Below are positions 37,247 to 50,107 of a stretch of DNA of 64,000 nucleotides, piece by piece. Both the position numbers and the translations under genes were made by a program. Within the stretch, counting starts at the first letter, position 1; each line of letters opens with the position of its first letter. The notes under the pieces are model-generated. The model was not told the origin of the DNA, did not search any database, and saw only the letters and a program-made list of their open reading frames with translations. The stretch comes from Octopus sinensis (lineage: Eukaryota), in assembly GCF_006345805.1 (NCBI RefSeq), contig NC_043023.1:19654001-19718000 (forward strand). Direction: 5' to 3'.

Positions 37247-39665
37247 CGTACAACAGGTATCACCATACAGGATGTCCCAGAAGTCGTGCACCAATCTGGT
37301 TTTCCTTAAAAATTCATCATCATCATCGTTTAACGTCCACTTTACATGCTGGCATGGGTTGGACGGATCGACTGGGGTCTGGGAAGCCAGGAGCCTGCGC
37401 CAGGTTCCATTCTGGTCTGGCAGTGTTTCTACAGCTGGATGCCCTTCCTAACGCCAACAACTCCGAGAATGTAGTGGGTGCTTTATATGTGCCACCGCCA
37501 CAGAAGCCAATGAAGGTGGCGCTGGCATCAGCCACGTATGGATGGTGTTTTTTACGTGACACCAGCACAGGTGCCAGGGGAGGCTGGCAATGGCCACGAT
37601 TGGTTGATGCTTTTTATGTGCCACCAGCACAGGTGCCAGGGGAGGCTGGCAGCAGTCACGATGGCTTGGTGCTTTTTAAGTGCCACCAGCACAGGTATCA
37701 CTACAATTTCCATTTGATTTTTAATTTAATGTTGACGTACTTGACTCAGTAGGTCTCCTCAAGCACAGCAGGTCATGTGTCACCAGCACAGAACCCAGTC
37801 AAGGCAGTGCTGGCATTGGCCACGTTTGGATGGTCCTCAAGCACAGCAGGTCACTCTACAATCCAAGGTATGCACAGCAAGTCATTCTGCAATCCAAGGG
37901 ACTTTGGATGGGCTGGGGCTATGCAAAACTGGTGCAGGAAACAGCTATGAACTCACATTATTTGTCATTTTTTTTTTGCATGTTTTAGTGTAGAGGGAGC
38001 TCAATTTGAGCATTTGTTATGATTAATTTCAATCAAGTGTTTTTGAAATCAATAAGGGTGTATTCTTTTAAAAGACCATGGTGGTGCACAACTTTTGGGA
38101 CACCCTGTGTGTGTGTGTGTATGTATGTATATATATATCTCTTTACTCTTTTACTTGTTTCAGTCATTTGACTGCGGCCATGCTGGAGCACCGCCTTTAG
38201 TCGAGCAAATCGACCCCAGGACTTATTCTTTGTAAGCCCAGTACTTATTCTATCGGTCTGTTTTTGCCGAACCGCTAAGTGACGGGGACGTAAACACACC
38301 AGCATCGGTTGTCAAGCAATGCTAGGGGGACAAACACAGACACACAAACATATACACACACATACATATATACGACAGGCTTCTTTCAGTTTCCGTCTAC
38401 CAAATCCACTCGCAAGGCATTGGTTGGCCCGGGGCTATAGCAGAAGACACTTCCCCAAGATGCCACGCAGTTGGACTGAACCCAGAACCATGTGGTTGGT
38501 TAGCAAGCTACTTACCACACAGCCACTCCTGCGCAGTATATGCAGTACTCCAGCATGGCAAAGGTCTTTGGACATATAAAACGTAAAAAAGAATATATAC
38601 AACGGGCTTCTTTCAGTTTCCCTCAAATCCACTGAAAAGGCTTTGGTTGGCCCGAGGCCATAGTAGAAGACACTTGCCTAAGGTGCCATGAGGTTAGGAA
38701 GAAAGCTTTTCACAAGACAGCCAGGCATTCAGTTGATGAGTTTCCTACAGTGGAAGAAGGTAGACAACCTGCTTTTTTAATGAAATGCTTCAGACATAAA
38801 TAGACGTTCCCTCCGTGGCTACGTTTACCTAATAAAGATATCAATCTATCGTAAACGGAAGCATATTTACGTGCACAGATGCTCCATTCATGACCATCCT
38901 GCGAATTTTTTTTATATGGGTATCCTACTTTTTAGTGAATCACCCACTGTCCTTCAATATTGTAGATTCAGTAGTAAATATCTTAGCTATCGTTTCTAGC
39001 AAATTGCAAAAAAAACCCACAATAATAAGGGAAGTAACTCTTGAAAAAATAAGGGATATAACTCTTGAAAGCTTTTAACGTCAAATTCAGACATATGCAT
39101 GAATGTAAAAGAATCTATCCGTGACCACCCTGTGTTTTTTTTTATATGGGTATCACTATTTCTGAGTCACTTAAAGTGTCCTTCAGTGTGGTAGGCCTAA
39201 GTCTAGAAAATTTAGCTGCTATTTTTAGCAAATAGCACAACCAATAATTTCAACCGTGACCATCCCGCGTCATTCTAATTTCTTACTGAATCATCTAGAG
39301 TGTCCTTCAATGTGACACACTAAGCCGTAAAGACTCTGACTGCTATTTCTAACAAATTGCAGGACCACAAAGATTATTGAGTGACTTTTGTGGAAATATT
39401 TTTTTCTCAAAAAAAAAAAAAAATGGTTTATGACAAATTCTATTACTCTTTTACTTGTTTCAGTCATTTGACTACGGCCATGCTGGAGAACTGCCTTAAG
39501 TCAGGCAAACCGCCCCCAGGAATTATTCTTTGTAAGCCTAGTACTTATTCTATCGGACCTTCCTTTTTGCCGAACCACTAAGTTACGGGGACATAAACAC
39601 ACCAGCATCGGTTGTCAAGCGATGTTGGGGGGACAAACACAGATACACAAACATATATACACAAA

Positions 39666-42660
39666 CGGCTTCCCTGAATAGGAACTCAGCTCTACAGGAA
39701 AGCTTCAGTCTTCGGGAAGATGGACAAATCTGGAGATTTGTCAAGACTGATGAAACGTGGAAGAGAGATACCAGCTGGTCTGAGTGCTCTCTACCCACAA
39801 TAACTAAAAAGACTACAGCAACTCAGGGAAACTAAGCCAGGACAACCTGCCATCCTCTACACACCATCATAAACTGCGAGCAGGGTACAAATTGTTGTCC
39901 TTAAATGCTCGCAGTTTATGCAACAAAATACATTTGTTCAACGCCTACGTCAGAAGTATTGACCCTGACTTCATCACTGTCACGGAAACATGGGCGCATT
40001 CCTTACTCTGTGATGGGGTTTTCAACATCACGGGGTACAACCTCTTCCATAAGGACCGCACTAACCGCCGTGGTGGTGGTGTGATGGTCTACGTTCGTTC
40101 AAATTTTTTGGTAATTCCTTGTGCCGATTTGAACGAATCACAAGAAGAAGTTTTTTTCTGTGACGTACGTATGACCATGTCAACACTCCTTCTTGGCGTT
40201 GTTTATCGTCCCCCAAATTACTATCAGGACACACAGCTTTGCAACATCCTCCGAGCTGCTGCCAGGAAAACAGCCACTTATGTGTTTATTGCAGGCGATT
40301 TCAATCATCCTGAGATCAATTGGGAAACCTTCCATTGGCCACAGAGTGCAAACGATTTTGTTGAGCTTGTGCTGGACTCAAACTGGTCACAAGTAGTCAC
40401 CTCTCCAACAAGAGGCGACAACACCTTGGACCTGCTCTTCACCACAACTCCTGAAGCGGTTATCAATTGCACTACGGAGGAACCTCTAGGTGACTCTGAT
40501 CATGCTATGATCATCGCCAATCTGGCTTTTGCGGGCAACAAACACCTGAACCATCTCCAATCTGCTTCCTTCGATTGGAAGAGAGCAGATTGGAACCTGT
40601 ACCGCACTGAACTACAGCACCCAAACTGGCGTGAATTCTACAACTCTGGAGATGTGAATACTATACTCCAGAGTATCCAGGACTCAATATGGGCAGCATG
40701 TGCAGCATCAGTGCCACGTAAACAAAAAAAGAAGAACCGCCCCAAAAGGGCAATTTCGGAAACTTCAGCGGTCCGACTTGCCAGGAAGGAACGTCGGACT
40801 GCTGAACAGGAATACAAGTTGCATAAATCAGACACCAACAGGAAGAAGCGGAATAAATCCTCCAACCATCTCAAGCAAGTGACAAAAAATGCAGTGCTTG
40901 AATTTGAACAGTGCATAGCAGCCAATCCTGACAGCAAGGTTTTCTGGAAATATGTGTATTCAAAGCAGAGATCTCACTCTCCAGTGGGCCCTCTTCGCAA
41001 CCCTCACACAAACCAGATCACTGACGACCCCAAGGAATGCGCAGAACTCATTGCCGAGTGCTATGCAAACATATTCACTGTTGAAAGTCAAAATGTACCA
41101 TCTTCACCATCACTAACAGCAAACTCCATAACAACTATGGAATTTACACCTGCATGCTGCGACGTCACCTTCAAAATAAGCGCAACTATGCCTCCCCTGG
41201 TCTCGATGGAGTTCATACCTCTTCTTCTCAAACATGGCAGGCACTTCCTTTACACAACCAGTGTCATTCCTCTGTTCAAAAGGGTGACCGCACATCACCT
41301 GTCAACTATCGCCCAGTCAGTCTCACTAGCTGTATTGCAAAACTGATGGAATCGTGTGTCAGAGAAACACTCTGGAACTTCTGGAGCTCTCACAGTCTCA
41401 TCCGACCCTCACAATATGGATTTGTCCCTAACTCCAGCTGCAGTGACCAGCTTGTCGAGTTCCTTGAGGACATTACTCAGATCACTGACAGTGGCTCATG
41501 GGTGGATGTTGTCTACCTTGACTTTGCTAAGGCTTTCAACTCTGTGGCCACACAAAAGGCTTATGGTGAAACTCTCTGCAATGGGTGTGGGGGATGACCT
41601 TTTTAACTGGTTGAAATCCTTCATCCTCAGCCGAAAGGAGGTAGTCACAGTTCTAGGACAGCACTCTACACCATATGAGATGTCATCGGGTGTACCACAG
41701 GGATCTGTCCTTGGTCCCCTCCTGTTTGTGGCATACATTAATGACATAGATGCCAATATAAAGAATGCCACAGTATTGAAATATGCAGACGACATCAAGC
41801 TGTACCTTGAAATCAAGAGGACTGATCCTGATGTCTACAACTCTTTTCTGCAATCAGACCTACACAATGCAGCAATGGATCACAGACTGGCAACTGAAAC
41901 TGGCTGTGGACAAGTGTACCACACATGCATTTTGGGAGAAAAAACCCTGCGTCCACATACTCCCTCCACAACACTGATATCAAGAAATCCTCTTGCGAGC
42001 GTGACCTAGGCATCACTGTCAGCAGTGATTTGCGTTGGACAAAGCATATCTCTAAAATTGTCAAGAAGGCCGAGGGTGTCTTGGCATCACTCAGCAAGAC
42101 TTTTGTTAGCCGCTCTCCAGCCATCTATTTAAAACTGTATACAGCTATGGTACGACCACACTTGGAATTCGCATCATCAGTTTGGAATCCCTATCTTGCT
42201 CAGAACATTGACCTCCTGGAATCTGTCCAGAGACGTGCAACCAAACGCATACCCTCCATCAGACACCTACCATATTCTGAGCGCCTTGTTTCCTGGGCAT
42301 GGATTCGCTGAAGCTCCGGCGTCTGGCGACGGACTTGGTAAACACCCACATTATCAACACCTCACCAACAACAACACTGAACACCTTTTTGACCTCCATG
42401 TGTCTAACACACGTGGACATGCCTACAAAGTCAGAAAACAACACAGCTCCCATGACTTTCGGAAACATTTTTTCACGCTCAGAGTTGCTGAAGCATGGAA
42501 CAAACTGCCTGCGTCAGTTGTTGACTGCCATGACACTGCATCCTTTAAGGCCCTCATGCTTTCCGAAATCCGCCGAAACTACACCTGATTATATATACAC
42601 TTTAGATGAGTTGTAGTGCACCTGAGCACTGTACACAATTATTATTAATATTATTATTAT
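39666..42660 (+). mobile_element. 5'-truncated CR1-type LINE: ORF1 C-terminus plus frameshifted ORF2 (APE endonuclease + reverse transcriptase)
   Basis: APE motifs LNARS, VTETW, RRGGGV, VYRPP, GDFN, TLDL, SDH. RT motifs YRPVSLTS, QYGF, YLDFAKAF, GVPQGSVLGP, YADD. CR1-like C-terminus RKHFFTLRVAEAWNKLP and an (ATT)n-like tail. ORF2 is split over several frames. Confidence 0.93.
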
Positions 42661-42737
42661 ATATATATGTGTATATATATATATATTATATATATATATT
42701 ATATATATATATATATACATATATATACATACATACA

Positions 42738-42771
<34 letters not shown>

Positions 42772-43099
42772 CATATGTATGTATGTATGCATGTATATAT
42801 ATAATTTGGGAAAGAAATATATATATATACATGCCTTGACCTTCGAAACGTGGAGTAGATGAAACAAAGGCGACTAAAGAAGGGGAATTTTCCTTGTATT
42901 GTATGTACTGTACTCTATTTTTTCGTTGTTTAAAAGAAATGTCCATTTCCTTGGTTTTGTGTTTGTTTTCGCTTCTCATCGTGTTCGACGTTTTTTTTTT
43001 TGGTGTCCTGTACCCATATATGCATGTATATATACATGTAGGGGTAGGTACGTACATATATGTGTGTATATATGCATATGTTTTATTTATTTATTAATT

Positions 43100-43149
<50 letters not shown>

Positions 43150-43154
<5 letters not shown>

Positions 43155-43780
43155 AATATAGGTATGGTATTATTAAAATACCATCACGAGTGGTAATCGA
43201 ACTATTAGTCGCACGTGCAAATTAATAAGATATTACATACAATATTAAATATAGGTATATATACACAAGGATACTATATGAGTACCTATATCGCCAATGA
43301 TAGAAGTCAAAAAATACTTCTGTACCACCGAATAGCCACAAATCCATTACAGACAAGGTAGGAAATTAAAATCAGTGAACAATAATGTTGTCTTACCTCA
43401 AATGGGTCAGAACAAGCAAATGCTGGTCAACTCGGTACCGGTTTCGAAATTTAGCGCTACCTAGACGCGTGATTTCTCATCAGCCAAAGTCCGCCAGCTA
43501 AAATAACTACTGACACTCTCCCCCAGCATGCCTACGAAAGTCCGTTTGAAGTGACCAAGCACCGTACGAACAAACGAAATGCGTAAAATCATTTATTAAT
43601 AAATATAGGAATGGTATTATTAAAATACCATCATGTTCACTGATATTTTTTCCTATCTTGTCTGAAATAGGTTTGGGACTATTCGGTGGTACAGAAACAT
43701 TTTTTGACTTCTATCTTTAGCGACATAGGTACTCATGTAGTACCCTTGTGCATATATGTACATATCTAATATTGTTTGTA
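43150..43780. mobile_element. Penelope-like remnant with hammerhead, flanked by ~125-bp imperfect inverted repeats
   Basis: 43256-43381 is the diverged reverse complement of 43634-43758. A third copy of the arm lies at ~44220-44345, and the hairpin motif ATGGTATTATTAAAATACCAT recurs three times. Confidence 0.5.
43429..43491 (-). ncRNA. Type-I minimal hammerhead ribozyme motif (Penelope-like-element type), intact core
   Basis: Minus strand reads GACUUUGG-CUGAUGA-GAAAU[21 nt]AUUUC-GAAA-CCGG-UA^CCGAGUU. Helix I pairs, helix II is 5 bp, and helix III is the palindrome CCGG. Predicted cleavage between 43436 and 43435. Confidence 0.75.
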
Positions 43781-43789
43781 TATATTTTA

Positions 43790-44193
43790 CTAGCAGTATC
43801 GCCCGGCGTTAATCGGGTTTGTAAGGGAAATAACTATATAAGCATTTTTAGAGAGTTACTTCCCTTATATAAACCGAGCGAAAATGCATTAAAAATGCGG
43901 AAAAATTATGGTAAATTTATTTTTAAATCGTAGACTCATCGTAGACATTTTTAGAGAGTTACTCCCTTTATATAATAGCGAAAAAATGCATAAAAATGGA
44001 AAAAAATTATGGTAAAGTTTTTTTTAAATCGTAGACTCATCGTAGACGCGCGCTAATACCCAGAAGGGCTCGATATGAATCACGACTATAAGATAGCCGC
44101 TTCTGGTTAAACTGCACCGCAAAATGTGGGAGTAGTTAGGAATCTAAATCATAGGAGACAGACAGCACACAACTTCTCTTTTATATATAAAGA
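43790..44193 (-). mobile_element. Non-autonomous Helitron, short H1 variant with internal duplication
   Basis: Same termini; lacks the ~200-bp middle segment; the segment from TTTTTAGAGAGTTAC to CGTAGAC is repeated. Confidence 0.8.
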
Positions 44194-44515
44194 TATAGGA
44201 ATGGTATTATTAAAATACCATCACGTTCGCTGATATTTTTTCCTATCTTGTCTGAAAAAGATTTGTGACCATTCGGTGGAACAGAAACATTTTTTGACTT
44301 CTATCTTTAGCGACATAGGTACTCATGTAGTTCCTTTGCGTATATATGTACATAGGTGCAGGAGTGGCTGTGTGGTAAGTAGCTTGCTAACCAACCACAT
44401 GGCTCCGGGTTCAGTCCCACTGCGTGGCATCTTGGACAAGTGTCTTCTGCTATAGCCCCGGGCTGACCAATGCCTTGTGAGTGGATTTGGTAGACAGAAA
44501 CTGAAACGTATATAT

Positions 44516-44745
44516 ATTTCTTTACTACCCACAAGGGGGTTAATTCAGAGGGGACAAACAAGGACAGACAAACGGGTTAAGTCGATAATATCGACCCCAG
44601 TGCATAACTGGTACTTAATTTGTCGACCCCGAAAGGATGAAAGACAAAGTCGACCTCGGCGGGATTTGAACTCAGAACGTAACGGTAGACGAAATACGGC
44701 TACGCATTTCGCCCGGCGTGCTAACGTTTCTGCCAGCTCGCCGCC
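44516..44745 (-). mobile_element. SINE-C (head GGCGGCGAGCTGGCAGAAACGTTAG); further copies at 51538-51766 and 63058-63208 (-)
   Basis: Three dispersed copies with a B-box-like GAGTTCAAAT. Confidence 0.8.
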
Positions 44746-45401
44746 TTAATATAATAATAATAATAATAATAATATAATAATAATAATAATATATTATTAT
44801 ATTATTATTATGATATATATATATACATATAATATATAATGATGTGTTGTGGTGTGTGTTGGTGTTGTGTGTGTGTGTATCTGTCTGTGTGTTTGTGTTT
44901 GTCCCCCTAGCATTGCTTGACAACCGATGCTGGTATGTTACGACGTCCTCGTCACTTACGGTTCGGGAAATGAGACCAATAGAATAAGTACTAGGCTTAC
45001 AAGGAATAAGTCCTGGGGTCGATTTGCTCGACCACGAAGGCGGTGCTCCAGCATGGCCACAGTCAAATGACTGAAACAAGAAGTAAAAGAGAGAAAATGC
45101 ACGCTTAGCCTAGACAATTTGACTGCTCTTTCTAGCAAATAACGCCACCGTCAATTGATACGTGCGATAGACAAGGGAGGCAACTCTTTAGTCCCCCACA
45201 AAAAACTTCTTCTCTAACAAACTGATTGGTTTGTCGAATGTACAGGAACTGATGTCGCTTTTGTTGCAATTTGAGAAACATTTTTTTTCTGCTGTGGTCT
45301 CTTTATTTATTTATTTATTTTTTAATAATTGTTATTAGGCCCCTATTATCTCTATGTTCTTTCAGTCATTAAAGTCAGCGGCCATGCTGGGGCACCGCCT
45401 T

Positions 45402-47637
45402 CGATCTTTTCCGTTTGACCGGCAGTTTTTTTAAATAATTTCCACAGTGGCTGTGTGGTAAGTAGCTTGCTAACCAACCACGTAGTTCCGGGTTCAGTCC
45501 CACTGTGTGGCATCTTGGACAAGTGTCTTCTGCTATAGCCCCGGGCCGACCAATGCCTTGTGAGTGGATTTGGTAGACGGAAACTGAAAGAAGCCCGTCG
45601 TATATATGTATATATATATATATATAGGCGCAGGAGTGGCTGTGTGGTAAGTAGCTTGCTAACCAACCACACGGTTGCGGGTTCAGTCCCACTGCGTGGC
45701 ATCTTGGGCAAGTGTCTTCTGCTATAGCCCCGGGCCGACCAATGCCTTGTGAGTGGATTTGGTAGACGGAAACTGAAAGAAGCCCGTCGTATATATGTAT
45801 ATATATATATATAGGCGCACGACTGGCTGTGTGGTAAGTAGCTTGCTAACCAACCACACGGTTGCGGGTTCAGTCCCACTGCGTGGCATCTTGGGCAAGT
45901 GTCTTCTGCTATAGCCCCGGGCCGACCAATGCCTTGTGAGTGGATTTGGTAGACGGAAACTGAAAGAAGCCCGTCGTATATATGTATATATATATATAGG
46001 CGCAGGAGTGGCTGTGTGGTAAGTAGCTTGCTAACCAACCACACGGTTGCGGGTTCAGTCCCACTGCGTGGCATCTTGGACAAGTGTCTTCTGCTATGCC
46101 CCGGGCCGACCAATGCCTTGTGAGTGGATTTGGTATACGGAAACTGAAAGAAGCCCGTCGTATATATGTATATATATATATAGGCGCAGGAGTGGCTGTG
46201 TGGTAAGTAGCTTGCTAACCAACCACACGGTTGCGGGTTCAGTCCCACTGCGTGGCATCTTGGGCAAGTATCTTCTGCTATAGCCCCGGGCCGCCAATGC
46301 CTTGTAAGTGGATTTGGTAGACGGAAACTGAAAGAACCCTGTCGTATATATGTTATATATATTATATATATATGTGTGGTGTGGGGTTTGTGTGTCTGTG
46401 TTTGTCCCTCTAGCATTGCTTGACAACCGATGCTGGTGTGTTTAGGTCCCCGTTACTTAGCGGTTCGGCAAAAGAGACCGATAGAATAAGTACTGGGCTT
46501 ACAAAGAATAAGTCCCGGGGTCAATTTGCTCGACTAAGGCGTGGCTCCAGCATGGCCGCCAGTCAAATGACTGAAACAAGTAAAAGAATAAAGAGAGTAA
46601 CTAAACCTTTTAAACTTCGAATACTGGTAGAATGTGTTTATAAAAACATCCTTTTTTCTTGGCTTTATTGAAAAATTCTATGGTTTTGTAAGATTTTGTT
46701 GTTTTTTTTTTCCTTCAATTTCTGCAATTTCAACCAATCAATGACGTCTATTGATTAAAAAAAAACATTCTGTGCCATATGATTATGTCCCTCGTTTAAG
46801 AAACAGATTGGGTTTACTCTTTAACTCTTTCACTTGTTTCAGTCATTTGACGGCGGCCATGCTGGAGCACCGCCTTTAGTAGAGCAACTTGATCCCGGGA
46901 CTTATTCTTTGTAGGCCCAGTACTTATTCTATCGGTCTCTTTTGCCGAACCGCTATGTAACGGGGACATAAACACACCAGCATCGGTTGTCAAGCAATGC
47001 TAGGGAGACAAACACAGACACACAAACATACACGCACACACGTATATATATACATATATACGACGGGCTTCTTTCAGTTTCCGTCTACCAAATCCACTCA
47101 CAAGGCCTTGGTCGGCCCGGGGCTATAGTAGAAGACACTTGCCCAAGGTGCCACGCAGTGGGACTGAACCCGGAACCATGTGGTTGGTAAACAAGCTACT
47201 TACCACACAGCCACTCCTGTTTACATTTGTGAAGAAAAAAAGGTACCCTTCCCCCCTAACCCAAACCCTAAAACAGATTGAAATGCAATAGATCGATACT
47301 AGGGTCATAATTATGGGTGACAATTTCATATGACCCCGCAAGAAAAAACTGCCGTTCAAACCGAAAAGATTCATTTGTTGTTTTTTTTCATCAATTTCTG
47401 CAATTTCAACCAATCAATGACGTCCATTGATGTAAAAAACATTCTGTGCCGTATGAATATGTCCCTCGTTTAAGAAACAGATTGGGTTTATTTACATTTG
47501 CGAAGAAAAAAAGATACCCTTCCCCTCACCCCTAATTCTAACCCTAAAACAGAGTGAAATGCAATAGGGTCATAATTATGGGTGACAATTTCATATGACC
47601 CCACTAGAAAAAACTCCCGTTCAAACCGAAAAGATCC
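45402..47637 (+). mobile_element. Composite MITE carrying a five-headed SINE-A (~45446-46600, +) and a SINE-A (~46815-47219, -), followed by a duplicated MITE right half
   Basis: MITE segments resume in register after each insert; right TIRs at ~47345-47372 and ~47608-47637. Confidence 0.75.
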
Positions 47638-49645
47638 CAATTTTGAATCAACGGGAATTTTTTTTTTGTTTTCTCTTTTAAGCCCAGTACTTACTTATTT
47701 TATCGGACCCTTTAACCGAACCGCTATGTTACGAGTATGCAAACACATTAAAACCCCGGCTGTCATGTAGTAGTCGGGAACAAACAAACAGATTGACGCA
47801 CACGAAAGGCTTCTTTCAGCTTCCATCTACCTAATCCCTTTGGTTGGCCAAAGGTGTCACAAAGTGGGATTGAACTTTGAACCATGCGGTTCGGAAGTAA
47901 ATTTCTTAGCACACGGCCAAGCCCTGTACACACACAAACAGAGTTAATTCGAGGAGGTTGTATGTAGGTTTACTCTTTTACTTGTTTCAGTCATTTGACT
48001 GCGGCCATGCTGGAGCACCGCCTTTAGTCGAGCAACTCGACCCCGGGACTTATTCTTTGTAAGCCCAGTACTTATTCTATCGGTCTCTTTTGCCGAACCG
48101 CTAAGTGACGGGGACATAAGCACACCAGCATCGGTTGTCAAGCAATGCTAGGGGAACAAACACACACAAACACAAATATATATATGTCTATATATATATC
48201 ATATATCATCATCATATCATCGTTTAGCGTCCGCTTTCCATGCTAGCATGGGTGGACGGGTCATCAACTGGGGTCTGTGAAGCTGGAAGGCTTCGTCAGG
48301 CCCAGTCAGATCTGGCAGTGTTATAACGGCTGGATGCCCTTCTAACGCCTAGGCCGCGGCATCCCGTAGAGCCGTAGAAACACACTGCCAGATCTATAAT
48401 ATTAATATATATTATATATATATATACACACATATATACGACGGGCTTCTTTCAGTTTCCGTCTACCAAATCTACTCACAAGGCTTTGGTCGGCCTGAGG
48501 CTATAGCAGAAGACAATTGCCCAAGATGCCACTCAGTGGGACTGAACCCTGAACCATGTGGTTGGTTAGCAAGCTACTTACCACACAGCCACTCCTGCGC
48601 CTATGTATTTATTTATTTATTATTTTTGAATTTCAAAATGAACTTTTTTCAACTTGAAAAAGCAAAAGATTCCGTAGATTCATAGAACCGTCCTTAGAAT
48701 ATCAGACAAACTAGATTGCTGTATACAGCTCAGATACTTTAGGCTCTGAGTCCAAACCCAGCTGGTGTTAACCCGCTCCCTCACATATTCCAGGGGTCAG
48801 ATAAAATACAGTACCAGTTACATTCTGGGGTCCATGTACTCAACTGCTCCCATTCAACAAAGAAAGAGAAATATTAAAAAAAACAAGACAGGATAACGTT
48901 AATTTAAATTAAAATTTTATTTGATATTCAAATTTAGATATAATTATAATAATTAATATATTAATTAGTGGATTGTTTTAGATTATTTTCTTAGTTTTCA
49001 ACAAGCTTATATGTATGTATATACATATATATATATATATATACATATATATGTATATATGTGTATATATATATATGTAAATATATATATATAACTCACA
49101 CATTTATGTCTATATATATATATATATACATATATATGTATATATGTGTATATATATATATGTAAATATATATATATAACTCACACATTTATGTCTATAT
49201 TATACAGATATTCATATGTATATATACCTACATGCATCCATACATTCATGTGCACATACACACTTGTATATATAAACACATACATACACCCCTCATATAC
49301 AAATCCATGATTACATACACATACATCCATATAGATATACAGACATGCATTCATACATACACACATACATCTATACAGTTACACACACACATCCATACAT
49401 ATATACCTATATATATATATTAGCTTATAAAATATCCTGTTCATGTCAATGACAACCGAACCTCTTTCCCTGATGAACCAATATTATGAAACAGTCAATT
49501 ACAAATATAGAGATAAGACAGGCATTTTTTTATATAAAGCAGAAGCGTTGGCAATGAAATATATCCTTCACTCTTCCATACTGACGTCCCATCATTTTCT
49601 TTGTTATATGCGTATATCTGTTTGTCTATATATGTATAAACACAC

Positions 49646-49682
<37 letters not shown>

Positions 49683-49793
49683 GTATATTACATCAGGACA
49701 ATTACCCCCTCTTCAATATATTAAGGTTTAAATCACCTGTTGTCCTTGGGGGTTATTGTCCATTGGAGGGAGGGCGGCAATGTCCTAGACACA

Positions 49794-49830
<37 letters not shown>

Positions 49831-50076
49831 TATATTTATATATGTATGTATATATATATAAATAGATAGATAGATATATATATATAGATATACATATATA
49901 TACATACATACATATATATGTCTATATATAATATATATAAATACATATATATACATATATGTATGTATGTCTATATATATATATATATATATAAAATATA
50001 TATACATACAAATATATATAACATACATATATATATATGTACAGATATATACATACATACATATATATGTCTATAT

Positions 50077-50107
<31 letters not shown>

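Noticed and set aside
41150-42310. LINE frameshifts as programmed recoding
   Set aside because: There are several breaks with lost residues, typical of decay or assembly indels; only the ORF1/ORF2 junction has a slippery motif in the right frame.
42590-42660. CR1 LINE as the partner of a SINE in this window
   Set aside because: Its 3' end does not match the tails of SINE-A, SINE-B, SINE-C or family D.
42830-42900. TTCGAAACGTGG as half of a hammerhead in a PLE-like fragment
   Set aside because: There is no CUGANGA upstream and no helix support.
49469-49500. CTGATGA...GAAACAGTC hammerhead-like core
   Set aside because: Neither helix I nor helix II pairs convincingly; at best a heavily decayed remnant.
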